A stretch of 64,000 nucleotides of DNA from Chlamydiales bacterium (lineage in GTDB: Bacteria > Chlamydiota > Chlamydiia > Chlamydiales > JAAZZY01). A program made the position numbers and the translations under genes. The notes beneath the pieces are model-generated. The model searched no databases and was not told the DNA's origin. It saw only the letters and a program-made list of their open reading frames with translations. The number at the start of each line of letters is the position of its first letter. Positions within the stretch are counted from its first letter, which is position 1. Below are positions 1 through 9,007 of this stretch, one piece after another. The stretch covers positions 95,825 through 159,824 of the forward strand of contig CBDBKM010000003.1 of the NCBI GenBank assembly GCA_965206695.1, written 5' to 3'.

Positions 1-420
1 CATTGTAACGGGTTGTAAGAATAAGAAGCTCTTAACAAGATCGGGTGAACGAGAACTTAACATTCCTCAAGTTAGAGGAACTTCCTTCTATCCTAATTGT
101 TTAGAACAAGGAGAGAGGGTTGAAAGTGCGTATTGACGGTTCTGTATAAATCCGTAGCGATATTGAAAGCTGTAGGAGTTAATAGAAACGGTATAAGAGA
201 GATACTTGGTATGTCATGCAATCTTTCTGCAGCAGAGCTTCATTAGGTTTTTTTTTAGAAAGCTTGGTGACAAAAGGACTTTGCAGTGTAGGATTAACAT
301 TTTTTGATTTTCCGAAAGAGCATTGGGTGCGGATTAGAACGGTAAATGTTATAGAAAGGATCAAACAAAAACAATAAGGAGAAAAAAATCTCAACTTTTA
401 CGGAAAAGATGTTGCTTAAT
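1..420 (+). mobile_element. Degenerate IS256-family transposase relic (runs off left edge)
   Basis: Disjoint frames give IS256-like motifs: KKLLTRSGERELNIPQVRGTSFYPNCLEQG, AVGVNRNGIREILG, FFDFPKEHWVRIRTVNVIERI. Stops and deletions are present. An IR-like tttacggaaaagatgttgc lies near 397-415. Confidence 0.75.
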
Positions 421-518
421 CTAATCCTGTTCGGCTTCCAATGTGAATGAGGATATTTGCTTGTTTAAAACAGAGTGGCAATTATCAAGTTAATATGATT
501 GGAACTTCTTTCCAAGAG

Positions 519-1931
519 TTATTCTTCTATTGTTTTTGCCATTGTTACATCATCCGGAATGAGCTCAATAGATTTCCAGTTGCCTTGTCTATAACGCCGG
601 AATAGGACGGAAAATAAAATCATGCCATATAAGACGCTAATCACTTCTGCCGTAATGACTCCATGTTGAGCTATTAATGTGAAATAGTATGTCGGAGCTA
701 CTAGAAATATCCAGATGCTAATCGATCCTAAAAGGGCCGGGAAGAGGGTATCACCGGCAGCTACTAAAACACCTGTTATAATCCAGCGTAAACCCAGGAA
801 AAAAAGACAAAAAAATTCAAGACTTAAAACGATTTGCAGCGTTTTTTGTATATATGGTATGAGAGTTGGTATGTTGAACGATTGATTAATAAATGCATCG
901 TTTAAAAACTGTTTTACGAGCCATTCCGAAAATAGAATAAAGAAAAAGGAAGCAATAAAACAGAAAATAAGATTCAGCCAAAATCCTGATTGTAAGACTT
1001 TATAAATCTGCTCTTTTTTGTTATCACCGATTAGATTGCCGGCGATAACGATGATTCCTTGCTCTAACGCTTCTCCAAAAAATAGAAAAAGAATGACAAT
1101 ACTATGACAAATACCCATCACGGTAATGTGGATGAAGCTGGCTTTTTCCATAATTAAGAGGAAAATACCCCAACCTAAAACTTCGATGGATAACATTGCC
1201 GCTTGAGGTAAGCCGACTTTAATGCATTTATTAAAAAGAGGTTTACTCCACTTACACTTACTCGTTCCAAACTGATGACGATTTTTTCTGCTTAAAAAAA
1301 TAGCTGCTAATATCATAGTTTCGACGATTTGACCACAGCCGGTAGCAATAGCAGCTCCTTGAATACCCATAGAAGGGATCAATCCTTCTATTCCAAAGAT
1401 TAAAACCGGATCCAGTATAATGTTAATGATATTAGCTACAATGGCGAGTACCGTTACAACGCGCATTTTTCCCCGGCCAATAAAAAAAGCTGAAAGAGCC
1501 GCTATTATGGCAAGATTTGGGCCAAAGAACAGTAACCATTTAAAGTAAATAGATTCCATTTCTTGATAGGTGGAATGTAAAAAGAACCAATGGCTACCTA
1601 TAAGGGCTAGAGGGATAAACAATATAAAAGAAAATAAGGATAAATAGATCATTTGCCAAACAGGCTGTCCTAACATGCCCGGCTTGTTAGCCCCATTATA
1701 TTGAGCAACAAACACTTCAGCGATACTCGCTAATATCATCCCAAAGGATAAGAATGCCCAGGCGATCGTTCCGGCTTTAGCGGCGGCATTTAAAGCTGAG
1801 CCGGAGTATTTCGCCAGGAAAAGGCGATCACAAAAAATCATGAACACATATGAGAAAATGGTGATCATTAAGGGAAATGAAATATGCCATAACTCTCGAA
1901 TGCTTCCGGTTTTATATTTGGTTAATCGCAT
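519..1931 (-). CDS. MATE family efflux transporter
   Basis: 470 aa, about 12 TM segments, motifs DRLFLA, VAQYNGA, NIILDPVLIFG..GIQGAAIAT. Confidence 0.9.
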   Translation of the reverse strand: MRLTKYKTGSIRELWHISFPLMITIFSYVFMIFCDRLFLAKYSGSALNAAAKAGTIAWAFLSFGMILASIAEVFVAQYNGANKPGMLGQPVWQMIYLSLFSFILFIPLALIGSHWFFLHSTYQEMESIYFKWLLFFGPNLAIIAALSAFFIGRGKMRVVTVLAIVANIINIILDPVLIFGIEGLIPSMGIQGAAIATGCGQIVETMILAAIFLSRKNRHQFGTSKCKWSKPLFNKCIKVGLPQAAMLSIEVLGWGIFLLIMEKASFIHITVMGICHSIVILFLFFGEALEQGIIVIAGNLIGDNKKEQIYKVLQSGFWLNLIFCFIASFFFILFSEWLVKQFLNDAFINQSFNIPTLIPYIQKTLQIVLSLEFFCLFFLGLRWIITGVLVAAGDTLFPALLGSISIWIFLVAPTYYFTLIAQHGVITAEVISVLYGMILFSVLFRRYRQGNWKSIELIPDDVTMAKTIEE

Positions 1932-2122
1932 GGTAGGTTGTTTTATCCTGAATCGGTTGTTTTTTATTAAAAGGAAATTATTGAAAAACTGATAATATAT
2001 CTATATTTTTACCCGTTTTTCTATTAAACATTTATAATTTACCTTACTCCTTCAGCGCAAGGGATAGTTAAAATTTACTTGACAGCGTTCAGTTAGTTTC
2101 TCATATAGAAGCTTAAAGAAGG

Positions 2123-2875
2123 TTGTGCATGCGTCGTAATTTAATTGTTTTAGCTAGTGTTATTTCTATTATATTAGCAAGTTGTGCTTTTACACATAAA
2201 AGAACGTATAAGTTAGCTATTGATCCCTCTTTTTATCCTGCTAATGTAGGGGAGAATACGGATCAGGTTTATGGGTTTTCTATAGATCTTATTCAAGCGA
2301 TGAAACGCACTAAAACAATGAATTTTCAAACGCTTGAATCCGGAAGTGCCGACTTATTTTCCGGATTAAGGCAAGGGGACTATGAAGCGGTTTTATCTCC
2401 TCTTATGCCCGTCGGTGTTGATCAGAAAACTTTAATTGATTCAAATCCTTATCTTTTGACAGGGCCGGTCCTTGTTGTTACTGCGGAATCTAAAGTCTCT
2501 TCTATTAAAGAAATAGGCAATGCGACGGTTGGAGTACTCATTAATTCCGATGCTATTTTAGAAGTTCAAAAATTCCCGAATATCCTCATGAAGACTTACC
2601 CTTCTCCTGCATTAGCTCTGCGCAGTCTTTCACGTGGTGAAGTGAGTGGAGTTGTAATAGATGCTCTTATTGCCTATGCTTTTTGTCATAATATGTTCAA
2701 AAGTGAGATACAGATTGTAGGTGAGCCATTAACTAATAAAGGGCTTAGACTAGTTACCTTAAAAGGTAAATCGGAAGGCATGGTTAAAAAATTTAATTCG
2801 GCTCTGAAGGAACTAAAAGATAAAGGGATTTATCAGAATCTACGTAAGAAATGGAGACTTACGACTTGTCCGTAA
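2123..2875 (+). CDS. Amino-acid ABC transporter substrate-binding lipoprotein (SBP family 3)
   Basis: Lipobox-like LASC, D..YP, GFSIDL, C-terminal G.Y..L.KKW. Confidence 0.85.
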   Translation: MCMRRNLIVLASVISIILASCAFTHKRTYKLAIDPSFYPANVGENTDQVYGFSIDLIQAMKRTKTMNFQTLESGSADLFSGLRQGDYEAVLSPLMPVGVDQKTLIDSNPYLLTGPVLVVTAESKVSSIKEIGNATVGVLINSDAILEVQKFPNILMKTYPSPALALRSLSRGEVSGVVIDALIAYAFCHNMFKSEIQIVGEPLTNKGLRLVTLKGKSEGMVKKFNSALKELKDKGIYQNLRKKWRLTTCP

Positions 2876-2886
2876 GATTAACTATT

Positions 2887-5529
2887 TTATTTTTTTTTAA
2901 ATAGACGTTTAAAAAACCCATCTTTTTTGTCTTCTACGCCTCCGGATTGTATATTTGCAATTTTCGGTCGGATGCGACACTTGTCATATTCGTTATATTC
3001 TTTATTTATTTGTCGAAGGATCTTTTTATCAATGGGTAAGGGTTGCAGATCCCATATATTTTTGGCGTATGTTTCTATAGCGACATCAGCTGAAAAATTT
3101 CCGGATCCTGCTATATTGTGAATAGCATATTCTGCCCATTTCGAAGGATTTTGATATAATTCTTCTACCTTTTTTTGTGTTTCATAATAGGAGTTAAGAT
3201 CTTTTAAGACAAAGTAGCGATCGGGCACATGGCCATGTTCAGATTTTATTAGCTTTGAAGCACATTGGGTCAATACATGATGCTCTAGATCATTTGTGGC
3301 AAAAGTACCGTCATTCAAAGCATTAAGTGCTTTTCTTATTTTTTCATCGTTAATATATATGTCATTTGGACAATAGGAATTGTCCATTTTCATAGCATGA
3401 ATGTCATCGGCAGTGCAACCAAAGCGAAAAGGCCACCATTGATCGGTTATATCTTCACGCATTTCGATATTAGCTCCATCCTCCGTACCGATTGTTAAAG
3501 CACCGTTCATTGCTAATTTCATATTTCCTGTTCCGGATGCTTCCATCCCGGCTGTAGAAATCTGTTCTGATAAATCAGCGGCCGGGATAATAATTTCTGC
3601 TTTAGAGACATTGTAATTTTCAATGAATATAACATTTAATCGTCGGTTGACTTTTTCATCATTATTGATCTTTCTTGCTAAGCAATAGATCATCTGGATG
3701 ATATGTTTGGCTGTTTCATAACCGGGAGCTGCTTTACCGCCAAAAATGACAGTTCGACTCACTGATCGAGAATTGGGATCTAAAGTTAATTCTTGATATA
3801 GGATAATAAGATGCAATGCGTTTAATAGTTGACGTTTATATTCATGGATCCTTTTAATTTGCATATCAAAAATTGAGTTAGTATTCAAAATGGGGTGGCA
3901 TGAGTATAATGATCCGGTATGATCACGACAAAGGTTAGAGCGATTGATAAAATCTACTAATTTTTGTTTGTTTTGATTCTTAATATCTAAAAATTCTTGC
4001 CGGGAGGCTTCATCAGATGCAAAGTCTTCCAGTTTTCGAATATTTCTTAGATCCTTTATCCAATCATCCCCGATGCGTTTGGTAATAAATTCTCTTAAAA
4101 GAGGATTGCAATGCATTAACCATCTTCTTGGTGTTACGCCATTTGTAACGTTTAGAAATTTTTCCGGATACATCTCTGAAAAATCTTTGAAAACAGATTC
4201 CTTCAATAGTTTTGAATGCAATTTAGCCACGCCATTGACATGCATAGAACCAAAAATAGCTAAATGAGCCATTTTAATTTGTCCGCCTTCAATGAAGGAC
4301 ATGCGTCTTAACTTCTCTTCGTCATGAGGAAATTTTTTTCGAATAGCATCGCAAAAAGCTTGGTTCAATCGTTCAATAATCCGGTATTGCATTGGTAGTA
4401 AATGACGTAGGCGTTTTTCGTTCCACTCTTCCAAGGCTTCTTTTAAGATGGTATGATTGGTGTAATTCATACAATGCCGGGTGATATCTAAAGATTCTTT
4501 CCATTTGAAATTATAGTCTTGTGTAAGTGTTCTCATTAATTCAGCTACAATTAGAGCAGGGTGTGTATCATTAATTTGAATACGAACTTTATCAGGCAGA
4601 TTTTTTAAGCTTTGGTTGTTTATTAGATGGCGTCTTAAAATATCTTGTAGCGAGGCAGACACTAATAAAAATTCTTGCTTTAAGCGCATTCGTTTACCCA
4701 TGTCATGGTTATCATTGGGATACAATACATCGGTAAGGGTCATGTTTTCAGCTGCTTGATCCAATTGTCCTGCATTGAAACGCTGTAATTGAAAATTCCT
4801 TGGAGATTCTTTAGTGGACCATAATCTTAGGGTCACGACCGGAAAATCAGCGCCTTTGCTATAACCGACGATGGGTGTGTCAAAAGCAACTGCACGAACG
4901 GTTTCATAGTCATAAAGCTCTGAAATCTCTTCTCCTGCTTCATTTTGCTTTTGTATTATGCTGCCGTTAAATTTAATGTTAAAGGCGCGAAAGTCTCGCC
5001 TAAATTCCCAGGGGTTGGGTCTTAATAGCCAACCATCAGGTCTTTCAATTTGAATCCCATTCCACAATTCTTGTTCAAAAGTGCCATATTGATATCTTAG
5101 GCCATATCCAAATGCGGGCATATAAAGTGTAGCTAAGGAGTCTAAAAGGCAAGAGGCTAGGCGACCTAAGCCTCCATTTCCTAAACCGGGTTCTATTTCT
5201 TGTCTAAGAACCGCCCTGTAATTCCGGTGCATTTTCTTTGCGACCCTTTGAATTAAGCCATGCGCATTTAAATTAGTGATATTATTGCTGAGAATTCTAC
5301 CGGGAAGATATTCCATAGAAAGGTAATAGAGAATTCTTGTGTTGCAGGATTGATGAGTATGTAAAAGAGCGGTCCAGTTAATCATAATCTCTTCTCGAAG
5401 CGTCAAAGATAAGGCTTCATAGAACTCTTCATCGGAGATTTCGTATTCTAAGCGACCGAGCTTGGTAATTAAGTAATGTTTGATTTTATGAACGAGCATT
5501 TCTGCTTGCCAATCAAGATCGTCGTTCAT
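2887..5529 (-). CDS. glgP: Glycogen/alpha-glucan phosphorylase
   Basis: LGNGGLGRLASC, QINDTHP, KRIHEYKRQLLN and the PLP-site EASGTGNMK. Confidence 0.97.
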   Translation of the reverse strand: MNDDLDWQAEMLVHKIKHYLITKLGRLEYEISDEEFYEALSLTLREEIMINWTALLHTHQSCNTRILYYLSMEYLPGRILSNNITNLNAHGLIQRVAKKMHRNYRAVLRQEIEPGLGNGGLGRLASCLLDSLATLYMPAFGYGLRYQYGTFEQELWNGIQIERPDGWLLRPNPWEFRRDFRAFNIKFNGSIIQKQNEAGEEISELYDYETVRAVAFDTPIVGYSKGADFPVVTLRLWSTKESPRNFQLQRFNAGQLDQAAENMTLTDVLYPNDNHDMGKRMRLKQEFLLVSASLQDILRRHLINNQSLKNLPDKVRIQINDTHPALIVAELMRTLTQDYNFKWKESLDITRHCMNYTNHTILKEALEEWNEKRLRHLLPMQYRIIERLNQAFCDAIRKKFPHDEEKLRRMSFIEGGQIKMAHLAIFGSMHVNGVAKLHSKLLKESVFKDFSEMYPEKFLNVTNGVTPRRWLMHCNPLLREFITKRIGDDWIKDLRNIRKLEDFASDEASRQEFLDIKNQNKQKLVDFINRSNLCRDHTGSLYSCHPILNTNSIFDMQIKRIHEYKRQLLNALHLIILYQELTLDPNSRSVSRTVIFGGKAAPGYETAKHIIQMIYCLARKINNDEKVNRRLNVIFIENYNVSKAEIIIPAADLSEQISTAGMEASGTGNMKLAMNGALTIGTEDGANIEMREDITDQWWPFRFGCTADDIHAMKMDNSYCPNDIYINDEKIRKALNALNDGTFATNDLEHHVLTQCASKLIKSEHGHVPDRYFVLKDLNSYYETQKKVEELYQNPSKWAEYAIHNIAGSGNFSADVAIETYAKNIWDLQPLPIDKKILRQINKEYNEYDKCRIRPKIANIQSGGVEDKKDGFFKRLFKKK

Positions 5530-5635
5530 AAAAGTCTGCCTTTTGTAAAAATGAGTCCATATAAAAAGATATACTTTTTTTTTATTTTTTTTGTTATACT
5601 TTCCGGTTTTTTTTTGTGCTGAAAAATAAATACAC

Positions 5636-5898
5636 TATCGGCCGTCGCTATTTCTTTTTAACTCTCGACAAACGGTAGACCTGCTTACTTTAATTTCTTT
5701 GCCTATGCAGTTAATGGAATCTCCTCTTTTTTTTAAAGTATATATTTGGCATCTTTGTTCATAGGTTAAATTCCGGTAGCCTTTCAACATAAAAATCTTT
5801 CCATAATATTTTTTATCAAAAATTTACTATAGATAGCTTAACGGCATTTGGCCATTTTCAAATTTCTCCTATTTATCGCACTTCAGTGTTGAAAGGGC
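5636..5898 (-). mobile_element. IS30-family relic (left IR plus N-terminal HTH fragment)
   Basis: Minus strand reads MLKGYRNLTYEQRCQIYTLKKRGDS..SRSTVCRELKRN. The IR gccctttcaacactgaagtgc resembles the ends of the IS30 relic at 39197-39773. Confidence 0.8.
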
Positions 5899-7271
5899 GA
5901 TATAAAAAAAGAATGATTCAGAGCTTCAGTTGGAGTAATGCGATCTTCATATTTTAGCATTTGCGTAATAAGATCAAAAAATTGCCTATGTTTTGCAATA
6001 ATAGGAGCTGCTTCTAAATCTGATAAATGTACTGTTGATTGTTTAATCTGATCCATTCGTATTGTTACCAAGTTTTCCCAACTTGGTAATTTGTCAATAT
6101 TTGCAAGAGTATTTTTTAAACGTCTAGGGAGTGCATTTCTATCTACCGGAACCTTAAGTTGATACCTCTCCTCTCCGGTAGCGTTAGTTTCTTTATTAAA
6201 TAGGTGATTTTTGTTACTACTTTTTTCAATTAGAGGTTTAGGTAGTGGTCCAAAGCGTTGTTCCATAGCATACAAAAATTTCATACTAATCTGATATTCA
6301 TTTTGATCTTCTTCTTCACAGTAAGGGAAAAGAGGGACTTTACTAAGGCACTCATACATGGTAGCTCCTAAACTGAACATATCGATAGCAAAGGTATAAG
6401 CCGGCTTACCTTCCTCATCACTGATTCTTAAATGAACTTCAGGAGATCGATAAAAAGCAGTTTGAACGAGAGGGTCTTGAGATCCTAATTCTTGCAGAAA
6501 AGCTAGGCCAAAATCGCCGATGTGTGCTTGACCTTGAGCATTTAACAGAACATTTTCAGGTTTTAAATCAGTATGAACAACTCCGGCATTTCTTAATCCT
6601 GCCAAAGACAATAATAGTGTTTGAAATAGATGAGAAAGTTCATCTAATGATCTGATCTGATCAAGTTGTTGCATAAGAAGTTGATTTAGATTACCTTTAA
6701 ATACCGCAAAAACCAAGCCTACTTGATGTGAATTTCCCAATGTAATAGTATTGAGTAACTCAGTAACAAAAGGAACTTTTTCTGTACGTAATCTCTGTAA
6801 AATAGCGATCTCGTTTTTAGCAGCCTCAAAGTAATTTTGCGATGCTTTATTGACTTTGATAGCGACTGTTTTGACTCGTGAGCCGGGTTCTGATAAATTT
6901 TCTTTTTCCGTTGCAACTAACACAAGAGCATACTTACCCTGTCCTAAAATTTGTGGCCGGCCATCTGCGGCGCGTACGGGTCTATAGCCTGTTTGCGAAA
7001 AATTAAAGACACCTATAGGGGTTTTTATGAAAGAAGAATAATAATCTTGTTGCTCCTTATTATAATAATATTGGAATGGATTATTATTATAATAATCTAG
7101 TACCGGATTATAATAATCTCGTACCGGATGACCCTTTAGAAGGGTAGTGGTGGCATTGTTAGCACCGGTTAAGACACTACTATCAGCAACAATTGCCTGT
7201 TCTATCCGAGAAGGTTCGGCTATCTGCCGGTCTAAATTCCCGGTTATGTGTGTACCGGTGTTTCTTATCAT
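5883..7271 (-). CDS. Eukaryotic-like Ser/Thr protein kinase, CMGC (CLK/SRPK/DYRK)-like; putative effector
   Basis: LGQGKYALV, VAIKV, HTDLKPENVLL, GDFGLA, VQTAFYRSPEV, IDMFSLG, RITPTEALNHSFF. Confidence 0.9.
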   Translation of the reverse strand: MIRNTGTHITGNLDRQIAEPSRIEQAIVADSSVLTGANNATTTLLKGHPVRDYYNPVLDYYNNNPFQYYYNKEQQDYYSSFIKTPIGVFNFSQTGYRPVRAADGRPQILGQGKYALVLVATEKENLSEPGSRVKTVAIKVNKASQNYFEAAKNEIAILQRLRTEKVPFVTELLNTITLGNSHQVGLVFAVFKGNLNQLLMQQLDQIRSLDELSHLFQTLLLSLAGLRNAGVVHTDLKPENVLLNAQGQAHIGDFGLAFLQELGSQDPLVQTAFYRSPEVHLRISDEEGKPAYTFAIDMFSLGATMYECLSKVPLFPYCEEEDQNEYQISMKFLYAMEQRFGPLPKPLIEKSSNKNHLFNKETNATGEERYQLKVPVDRNALPRRLKNTLANIDKLPSWENLVTIRMDQIKQSTVHLSDLEAAPIIAKHRQFFDLITQMLKYEDRITPTEALNHSFFISPFQH

Positions 7272-7471
7272 TTTTATTTTCCTTATAATATAAATTTATT
7301 AATAATTTGTACGAATACGTTTATTATGTCGATTTCCTTAATTAATTAAAAGGTTTTTTTATTAACAATTGCTTCTTAACTATTATGTTTAATGGGTTTT
7401 TTAAAATATTATTTATTAAATGGTAAATTCGATAGTATTTGAATATAAGAAAATAAATGGACTTACATTAA

Positions 7472-7606
7472 GAAGAGATGGATTCTGAATCGAAATTAGG
7501 AAGAATTTATCAAGAGGAAGAGATGGATTCTGAATCGAAATTAGGAAGAATTTATCAAGAGGAAGAGATGGATTCTGAATCGAAATTAGGAAGAATTTAT
7601 CAAGAG
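7472..7606. repeat. Perfect tandem repeat, 3 x 45 bp
   Basis: gaagagatggattctgaatcgaaattaggaagaatttatcaagag at 7472, 7517 and 7562. Confidence 0.97.
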
Positions 7607-8879
7607 TTTTATGCGACAGAAATGCGTTATTAAAATGATTGTTTAAATCAAGGGATACTTTTTCTCTTTTGTTGGGGAAAAATGTCGTTACATTAATGCA
7701 CAAAGGGATGATATAGCGCCTTCATTCAAGCAAGCAGTATGAGATATTCCGGGCTCGCGATGTCAGAAATTTGCCCTGATAAATTGTCACATAACAGCAT
7801 TAGCCGCCGGTTAAAGGATAAACAATTTCAACCTAAAGAAATTTTTGAAATCATAAAGCATTCTGTCGATAGGGATAAGCCGGGTGTACTTATTGTAGAT
7901 GATACCGGTCTTTCAAAAAAGCATACCTTAAAGACTCAGGTTATAGTAGATAAAAAAACACGACAGATTATTTGTACTGCATTTTCTAATGGTAGGAGAC
8001 ATGACTTTAGACTGTTTAAGGAATCAAAAATAAAAATTCATCCGGGAATAAGCGTATTAACGGATACGGGATATCAAGGACTAAAAAAGCTTCATGCTAA
8101 TACCAATATGCCAAAAAAGAAAAGTAAGAAGAAGGCTCTATAGTCATTTAATTTTATATTGATAAGATTGCTTGATCAATGGCGAATTTAAAATTCGTAA
8201 CTTTTCGTAATATCTCTCTAACTTTATTTTTCATATTAGCCCAATATTTTTCTATAGGATTTAAGTCCGGAGAATATGGAGGAAGAAACATAAGCTTACA
8301 ACCGGCAGATTCTACTATTTTCCTGCTTTCCGCTGACTTGTGAAAACCGGCATTGTTAAGAATAAGAACACTACCGGGTGTAAGCTGAGGAGTCAAAACT
8401 TCCTTAAGCCAAATATTGAATAACCCGGTATTTCTTATAAGCATATTTTCTGCGGATTGGTTTTAAATGTCCTTTTTGCTTTTTTTGCAAAATCCATCGA
8501 TATATTGTTGCAATACCTACTTGAAAAATATGGCCGGCTGTTTTTTTATCATGATGTTTTTCTATATGTTGTCATACTTTCTCTCGAAGATCTACTGAAT
8601 AGGCTCTAGGCATTGTTTTGTCCTTACTGTTTGTATAAAAAAAGAAGGATAACATATTATCAAATAAAAATTAAAATACTATAACTAAAGAAGATAAGAA
8701 AAATAATAGACAATTATCAAGGGAAGGTGTTCTGAATGAAAATGTGATAGGAATGATCAAACGCTTTAAAATCATTTCCGGTCGTTATCGGAATAGACGA
8801 AAAAGATTTGCATTGCGATTCAATCTTATTGCGGGAATCGATCATTTGGAACTCATATGATGCATTTCGAAAGAAGTCT
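7601..8879 (+). mobile_element. Chimeric relic: IS701-like left part fused to IS5(ISL2)-like right part, interrupted by a deleted IS630
   Basis: SMRYSGLAMSE..SH.SISR..GVLIVDDTGLSK (IS701-like) joins KHTLKTQV..HDFRLFK..DTGYQG and, after the IS630, ENVIGMIKRFKIISGRYRNRRKRF (IS5/ISL2-like). Confidence 0.75.
8141..8681 (-). mobile_element. Internally deleted IS630 type A (541 bp), TA duplication
   Basis: Ends match the 935-bp copies at 48489 and 54470. Removing it restores the IS5-like frame KAL-TKEDKK. Confidence 0.9.
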
Positions 8880-8972
8880 AATCTTTTATGGTATGGGATA
8901 AACTCGGAGTCATACGTGCCTGTGAATGATCAATGGATAAGGATAGTGACGGCAAAACGAAGAAGAGTGGTT

Positions 8973-9007
8973 TAATCTAACCTTCTAAATTTGGAAGGTT
9001 AGATTTT
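8973..9007. terminator. Hairpin terminator downstream of recD2
   Basis: aatctaaccttc-taaatttg-gaaggttagatt inverted repeat. Confidence 0.7.

Noticed and set aside
7472-7606. Possible CRISPR array
   Set aside because: Units are contiguous and identical, with no spacers and no cas genes
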